Positions 63,589 through 64,000 of a DNA stretch of 64,000 nt are shown in pieces. Location of the stretch: the NCBI GenBank assembly GCA_963737265.1, contig CAVTRY010000014.1, positions 128,001 through 192,000 of the forward strand, in the 5' to 3' direction. A model generated the notes under the pieces. The model was not told the DNA's origin and did no database searches. It saw only the letters and a list, made by a program, of their open reading frames with translations. The translations under genes were made by a program, and so were the position numbers. The stretch is from an uncultured delta proteobacterium (GTDB lineage: Bacteria > Myxococcota_A > Polyangia > Fen-1088). How positions within the stretch are numbered: the first letter of the stretch is position 1; every line of letters begins with the position of its first letter.

Positions 63589-64000
63589 GCCTCGGTCCTC
63601 TTGACGAAATGTTCAGCAATCACAGTCTGATGAGTCCTGTTCTCGATCTGGTCCGATTCGTTACTCTTGTCACAGCCGGCTCTGGGGCGCACGTTAGATG
63701 CCAAGACGGAAACGAAGGTAACAGGGGCGGGCGAAAGAGCGTGTTATCCCTCGCGGAGTCGGCGTAATCTGTCGGCGGCTTGGGCCATGCGCACGGGCTC
63801 ACCGACGCGGCGCGCCCGCCACAGCAGATTGTGCGGGGTGAGCGTGGGCGGGACGAAGGGGACAACAACGGTCTCGTATCCGGCTGCTTCCAGGCGCAGC
63901 GTGCGTTCGGCATCCACGATGGCCTGAATGAATCTGCGCCGAACCTCGGCCTGGCGAGGGATACCGAGCGCCTCGGCCCGCCGCCCGGCAAGCTCGGCAG

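Noticed and set aside
63659-63674. CRP/FNR-like site CGTTA-N6-TCACA upstream of actA
   Set aside because: Only one half-site matches well; too weak without comparative data
63620-64000. ORFs at the right edge
   Set aside because: No motifs or convincing coding pattern; probably promoter or intergenic DNA

Overview
High-GC bacterial window, most consistent with a Myxococcota (myxobacteria-like) genome: tandem Ser/Thr kinases, receiver-coiled-coil protein, long HflX, FmdB zinc ribbons and an ACIII-oxidase operon. Left: two paralogous multiheme cytochrome c + cytochrome b pairs (9 and 11 CxxCH; Cbc-like), one coupled to a BlaR1/M56-like protease and a NarL-type two-component system. Middle: housekeeping genes (rpmE, prfA, pepF, groES-groEL, cyaY, hflX, ECF sigma/anti-sigma, secA, metB-like, ubiD-like). 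Right: alternative complex III fused in one operon with an A2-type cytochrome c oxidase; actB carries two +1 frameshifts, probably sequencing errors. The most notable signal is a 3,550-bp cargo-carrying transposon (22924-26473). It encodes a SWIM-finger/DDE transposase, has imperfect TIRs, six copies of a 13-bp end motif and a 9-bp target duplication (CCAAACGTC). It inserted into an 80-bp palindromic tandem-repeat array behind groEL, next to a sequence that mimics its own end. A relative of that repeat sits in-frame, twice, inside hflX, and a second ~130-bp dispersed repeat occurs twice. No rRNA, tRNA or CRISPR array was seen. All calls come from motif recognition by eye; no database searches were run.
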